In this document: positions 46,318 through 50,306 of the stretch, piece after piece
Layout of the letters: each line of letters opens with the position of its first letter
Numbering within the stretch: the stretch's first letter is position 1
NCBI GenBank assembly: GCA_000438415.1
Contig: FR902240.1
Coordinates: 1-50,306, forward strand
Direction: 5' to 3'
DNA length: 50,306 nucleotides
Origin: Clostridium sp. CAG:628
GTDB lineage: Bacteria > Bacillota_I > Bacilli_A > RF39 > UBA660
Notes under the pieces: model-generated
Told to the model about the DNA's origin: nothing
Seen by the model: the letters and a program-made list of their open reading frames with translations, nothing else
Database searches by the model: none
Made by a program: the position numbers and the translations under genes

Positions 46318-48390
46318 ATGGCACGTGATGTATCTTTAGATAAGCTACGTAATATTGGTATTATGGCACATATAGATGCTGGTAAGACTACATTTACAGA
46401 GCGTGTACTTTTCCATACAGGTATAACACATAAAATCGGTGAAACACATGATGGTGAATCACAAATGGACTGGATGGAACAAGAAAAAGAAAGAGGTATC
46501 ACAATTACCAGTGCTGCAACTACTGCACATTGGAAAGGATATAGATTAAATATCATAGATACACCAGGACACGTAGACTTTACTATTGAAGTTTCTCGTA
46601 GTTTAAGAGTACTTGATGGTGCAATTGCGCTTATTGATGCTCAAGCTGGTGTTGAAACACAAACTGAACAAGTTTGGAGACAAGCTAATGAATGGAAAGT
46701 TCCAAGAATGATATTCGCTAATAAGATGGATAAAATGGGAGCTAACTTTGAATTTAGCTTAGAAACAATTAAAGATAGACTAAGTGAAAATAGTGCACCT
46801 ATTGAATGGCCTATTGGTGCTGAAGATAACTTTAGTGGTATTATTGACTTAGTTACTATGAAAGCATATCATTATGATGGGGATCAACATGAAAATGCTA
46901 CTGAAATAGAAATTCCTGCTGAATTAAAAAGTATTGCTGAAGAAAAACGTATGGAACTTATTGAAACAGTTAGTATGTTTGATGATGAGTTAATGGAAAA
47001 ATACTTAGAAGGAAATGAACTTAGTGTTGAAGAAATTAAGTCTGCTATAAGAAAAGGTGTTATAGCTGGAGAATTCTATCCAGTACTATGCGGTACTGCT
47101 TTAGGAAACAAAGGTGTAAAACTTGCACTTGATGCTGTACTTGATTATTTACCAGCTCCAACAGATATCCCTCCAGTAAAGGGAATTGATATGAATGATA
47201 ATCCAATTGAAAGAAAAGCAAGTGACTCTGAACCATTTAGTGCACTAGCATTCAAAGTTATGAACGATCCATTCGTTGGTAACTTAACATTCTTTAGAGT
47301 ATACTCTGGAACATTAAAGAGTGGTTCATATGTATATAATAGTTCTAAAGGAGAAAAAGAAAGAATTGGACGTATTTTACAAATGCATGCTAATCAAAGA
47401 AAGGAAATTACTGAAGTTTATGCAGGAGAAATTGCTGCTGCAGTAGGACTTAAAGACACATTTACTGGTGACACTTTGTGTGATGAAAAATCAAAAGTTA
47501 TACTTGAAAAAATGACTTTCCCAGAACCAGTTATTGAACTTGCTATTGAACCAAAATCAAAAGCAGACCAAGAAAAAATGAGTCTTGCACTTCAAAAGTT
47601 AGCAAAAGAAGACCCATCATTCAGAGCTAGTACAAACCATGAAACTGGTCAAACTATTATAGCTGGAATGGGTGAGTTACACTTAGATGTTCTAGTTGAT
47701 AGAATGAGAAGAGAATTTGATGTTGAGTGTAACGTTGGTAAACCACAAGTTGCTTATAGAGAAACTCTTACAGTACCAGCTGACTGTGAAGGTAAATACA
47801 TTAAGCAAAGTGGTGGACGTGGACAATATGGACACGTTTGGGTTAAATTTGAACCTAATAAAGATAAAGGATATGAATTCGTTGACGCTGTTGTTGGTGG
47901 TGTAGTACCACGTGAATACATTGGTGTTGTTGATAAAGGACTTCAAGAGGCTTTAGCTGGAGGAGTACTTGCTGGATATCCTATGATAGATGTTAAGTGT
48001 ACATTATTTGATGGTTCATACCATGATGTAGACTCTAACGAAATGGCATTTAAGATTGCCGCATCTATGGCACTTAAAGAAGCTAAAAATAAATGTAAAC
48101 CTGTTTTACTAGAACCAATAATGAAAGTATCTGTTGTAGTTCCTGAAGAATTTATGGGAACAGTTATGGGAGACTTAACTAGTAGAAGAGGAAGACCACT
48201 TGGTAATGAATCAAGAGGTAAAGACCTAGAAATAGGTGCAATGGTACCTTTAGCAGAAATGTTTGGTTACATGACAGTATTAAGAAGTAATACTCAAGGT
48301 AGAGGACAATATCAAATGGTATTTGACCACTATGAAGAAGTACCTAGAAACATTGCTGAAGATATTATTAAGAAAAATAGTGTTGCCTAA
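46318..48390 (+). CDS. fusA: Elongation factor G
   Basis: 690 aa: [26 protein letters not shown]. Confidence 0.98.
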   Translation: MARDVSLDKLRNIGIMAHIDAGKTTFTERVLFHTGITHKIGETHDGESQMDWMEQEKERGITITSAATTAHWKGYRLNIIDTPGHVDFTIEVSRSLRVLDGAIALIDAQAGVETQTEQVWRQANEWKVPRMIFANKMDKMGANFEFSLETIKDRLSENSAPIEWPIGAEDNFSGIIDLVTMKAYHYDGDQHENATEIEIPAELKSIAEEKRMELIETVSMFDDELMEKYLEGNELSVEEIKSAIRKGVIAGEFYPVLCGTALGNKGVKLALDAVLDYLPAPTDIPPVKGIDMNDNPIERKASDSEPFSALAFKVMNDPFVGNLTFFRVYSGTLKSGSYVYNSSKGEKERIGRILQMHANQRKEITEVYAGEIAAAVGLKDTFTGDTLCDEKSKVILEKMTFPEPVIELAIEPKSKADQEKMSLALQKLAKEDPSFRASTNHETGQTIIAGMGELHLDVLVDRMRREFDVECNVGKPQVAYRETLTVPADCEGKYIKQSGGRGQYGHVWVKFEPNKDKGYEFVDAVVGGVVPREYIGVVDKGLQEALAGGVLAGYPMIDVKCTLFDGSYHDVDSNEMAFKIAASMALKEAKNKCKPVLLEPIMKVSVVVPEEFMGTVMGDLTSRRGRPLGNESRGKDLEIGAMVPLAEMFGYMTVLRSNTQGRGQYQMVFDHYEEVPRNIAEDIIKKNSVA

Positions 48391-48421
48391 TTAAAAAAAT
48401 GTAAAACTTAATAGTTTAGAC

Positions 48422-48450
48422 TTGAAAAAGTTTAAACTATTAGGTAAAAT
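48422..48450 (+). promoter_or_regulatory. Internal sigma-A-type promoter for tuf
   Basis: TTGAAA (48422-27), a 17-nt spacer, then TAAAAT (48445-50). It overlaps a 12-bp hairpin (48407-18 / 48433-44). Confidence 0.5.
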
Positions 48451-48483
48451 AATAATGTATATAGAAAAAGGAGGAAATTTAAA

Positions 48484-49668
48484 ATGGCAAGAGAAAAATT
48501 TGATCGTTCAAAACCACATGTTAACATTGGTACAATTGGACACGTAGACCATGGTAAAACAACATTAACTGCTGCTATTACCAAAAGACAAGCTGAAAAA
48601 TTTGGAGGAGAATTTGTTGATTATGCAAATATAGATAAAGCTCCAGAAGAAAGAGAAAGAGGTATTACTATTAATACATCTCACGTTGAGTATCAAACTG
48701 AAAAACGTCACTATGCTCACGTAGACTGTCCTGGACACGCTGACTATGTTAAAAATATGATTACAGGTGCTGCTCAAATGGATGGTGCTATCCTAGTTGT
48801 TAGTGCAACTGATGGACCTATGCCTCAAACAAGAGAACACATCTTATTATCAAGACAAGTTGGTGTACCTAAAATGGTAGTATTCATCAACAAATGCGAT
48901 ATGGTTGATGATCCAGAACTACTTGATTTAGTAGAAATGGAAGTTAGAGAATTATTAACTGAATATGGTTTCGATGGAGATAACACTCCTATCATAAGAG
49001 GTTCAGCATTAAAAGCTCTAGAAGGTGATCCTAAATATGTAGCTGCTATCGATGAATTAATGGATGCAGTAGATACTTGGATCGATACTCCAGTAAGAGA
49101 TACTGAAAAGCCTTTCTTAATGAGTATTGAAGATGTATTCACAATCACTGGTCGTGGAACAGTTGTTACAGGACGTGTTGAAAGAGGAATACTTAAATTA
49201 AATGACGAAGTTGAAATCGTTGGATTAAAAGATACAAGAAAAACAGTTGTAACTGGTATCGAAATGTTCAGAAAGTCATTGGACTTTGCTGAAGCAGGAG
49301 ATAACGCTGGTGTACTTCTTCGTGGTATCAACAGAGAAGATGTTGAAAGAGGACAAGTACTTGCAAAACCAGGTTCAGTTACACCTCACAAAAAATTCAA
49401 AGCAGAAGTTTATGTTCTATCTAAAGAAGAAGGTGGAAGACATACTCCATTCTTCAGTAACTATAGACCTCAATTCTACTTCAGAACAACAGATGTTACT
49501 GGTGTAATCGAATTACCTGCTGGTGTTGAAATGGTTATGCCTGGTGATAATGTTTCTATGACAGTTGAATTAATCAACAAAATCGCTATCGAAAACGGAA
49601 CAGAATTCTCTATCCGTGAAGGTGGTAGAACTGTTGGTGCTGGTAAAGTAACTGAAATCATTGAATAA
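48484..49668 (+). CDS. tuf: Elongation factor Tu
   Basis: 394 aa: [22 protein letters not shown]. Confidence 0.99.
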   Translation: MAREKFDRSKPHVNIGTIGHVDHGKTTLTAAITKRQAEKFGGEFVDYANIDKAPEERERGITINTSHVEYQTEKRHYAHVDCPGHADYVKNMITGAAQMDGAILVVSATDGPMPQTREHILLSRQVGVPKMVVFINKCDMVDDPELLDLVEMEVRELLTEYGFDGDNTPIIRGSALKALEGDPKYVAAIDELMDAVDTWIDTPVRDTEKPFLMSIEDVFTITGRGTVVTGRVERGILKLNDEVEIVGLKDTRKTVVTGIEMFRKSLDFAEAGDNAGVLLRGINREDVERGQVLAKPGSVTPHKKFKAEVYVLSKEEGGRHTPFFSNYRPQFYFRTTDVTGVIELPAGVEMVMPGDNVSMTVELINKIAIENGTEFSIREGGRTVGAGKVTEIIE

Positions 49669-49680
49669 TTAAATATAAAG

Positions 49681-49706
49681 ATTCCCATTTTGGGGATTTT
49701 TTTTTT
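49681..49706 (+). terminator. Rho-independent terminator after tuf
   Basis: ATTCCC / GGGGAT stem (one G:U pair), then T9. Confidence 0.8.
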
Positions 49707-49783
49707 ACTAAAATAGTATAATAAAACCAACAATAATTAAAGTAATATCATAAAAAATAAAAGAAAAGATTTTATCAAAATAC

Positions 49784-49814
49784 AAAAAGGTACTTGAAAT
49801 AAAAGTACTTTTTT
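49784..49814. terminator. A/T-flanked 12-bp hairpin (second or bidirectional terminator)
   Basis: AAAAAGGTACTT / AAGTACTTTTTT. It overlaps a TTGAAA-16 nt-TATAAT promoter-like pair (49794-49821), so its role is ambiguous. Confidence 0.4.
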
Positions 49815-49919
49815 TGTATAATAAATTTAGTTAAGGTAGAAGGAGGATATACAATATGACTAACAATTATGTAAATAAATTAAGTTATATTTCTCTTGTA
49901 GTACAAAATAATGTACAAT

Positions 49920-49929
49920 GGGGGGGGGG
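49920..49929. repeat. G10 homopolymer
   Basis: Ten consecutive G in otherwise very AT-rich intergenic DNA. A -10-like TATTAT follows directly at 49930-35. Confidence 0.95.
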
Positions 49930-50036
49930 TATTATCTTCTAACTAACTTAAAAGTAAATGATTTTTTGCATGAAATAAAATGGATAGAATGAGTCTACCC
50001 ATTTTTTTGTTATGTAATAAAAGGAGGGAGAAGTTT

Positions 50037-50306
50037 ATGCAAAAAAAACAAACAATATTAGTGGTTGCTAGTTTACTAGTAGTAGTACTTAGTGTAACAC
50101 TAGCATACTTTACAGCACAAATAATAGGAAAGGGGAAAAATGTTACCATCAACAGTGCAGACTTAAAAATAATATTTACTGATAGTGATGGAGCGATATC
50201 TGGAAGTAACATTGAACCAGGATGGAGTGATACTAAAACATTTACTGTAGAAAACAACAGTAAAAGTGAATACAAATATAACATAGTTATACAAGACTTA
50301 GTAAAT
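50037..50306 (+). CDS. TasA/camelysin-like secreted protein with a SipW-type signal peptide (5' part, runs off the window)
   Basis: The ATG lies 6 nt after AAAGGAGGGA. Sequence: MQKKQTILVVASLLVVVLSVTLAYFTAQIIGKGKNVTINSADLKIIFTD...IEPGWSDTKTFTVENNSK. The (T/F)-L-A-Y-F-T motif after the h-region is typical of this family. It is not in the ORF track because it has no stop. Confidence 0.7.
   Translation, partial: MQKKQTILVVASLLVVVLSVTLAYFTAQIIGKGKNVTINSADLKIIFTDSDGAISGSNIEPGWSDTKTFTVENNSKSEYKYNIVIQDLVN

Noticed and set aside
46182-49733. Alternative-frame ORFs in rpsG, fusA and tuf (46182, 47692, 47717, 48565, 48825, 49286, 49476)
   Set aside because: They lie inside universally conserved genes and are shadow frames.
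49943-50284. 113-aa minus-strand ORF at the window end
   Set aside because: The + strand here has a strong SD (AAAGGAGGGA) and encodes a convincing SipW-type signal peptide/TasA-like N-terminus. The minus ORF is its mirror frame.
1-50306. Mollicute-type genetic code (TGA = Trp), given the very low G+C and Mollicutes-like RpoB RRDR
   Set aside because: Every conserved gene closes at the expected length under the standard code, and several end in TGA (for example ftsK at 29329-29331). No in-frame TGA interrupts a conserved gene.
1-50306. CRISPR arrays, IS elements, prophage or integrative-element boundaries, recognisable defence operons
   Set aside because: I found none of the following:
- regularly spaced direct repeats;
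- a transposase, integrase or recombinase-like ORF;
- duplicated tRNA 3' ends flanking the tRNA genes;
- nuclease, helicase or methylase clusters.

This absence rests on reading by eye only.

Overview
This is a low-G+C Bacillota-type chromosomal segment, and it is almost entirely housekeeping. It uses the standard genetic code: TGA acts as a stop, for example in the ATGA stop/start overlap at 29328-29331. All family calls come from reading motifs by eye; no homology search was run.

Gene content:
- Left end: a divergent ynbB-like/SDR operon, then rplK-rplA-(L10 leader)-rplJ-rplL-methyltransferase-rpoB-rpoC.
- Right end: rpsL-rpsG-fusA-tuf, then the start of a TasA/camelysin-like secreted protein.
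- Between rpoC and rpsL lie about 32 kb. The block holds an SDR gene, spoIVA (with a sigma-E-like promoter), hup, cca, dnaD, nth, ftsA, ftsZ, rpsD, ezrA, ftsK and deoD. It continues with an M16 peptidase pair, tRNA-Ile/tRNA-Glu, hemW and a heterodimeric ABC exporter. It ends with rpmB (absent from the ORF track), nfo, tRNA-Ser, an ABC-F ATPase and an orphan prepilin-like gene.
- I found no CRISPR array, IS element, integrase or recognisable defence operon.

Most worth a second look:
1. An unassigned, hairpin-dense, G+C-enriched non-coding block of about 390 nt at 80-465.
2. Natural substitutions at classical resistance positions in RpoB (Q513K- and H526D-equivalent) and in S12 (conserved Pro replaced by Ile).
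3. A roughly 56-aa acidic tail on L11.
4. An uncharacterised three-gene cluster at 22146-23932, which includes an HExxH protein and an internally duplicated protein.
5. A three-member family of small unknown proteins (34060, 44290, 44739), two of them in tandem next to the orphan pilin.
6. A roughly 700-nt gene-free stretch at 30685-31393 holding an orphan promoter/terminator unit, a G+C-rich island and a gene remnant.
7. A G10 tract upstream of the TasA-like gene.

None of these can be shown to be a novel system from sequence alone.
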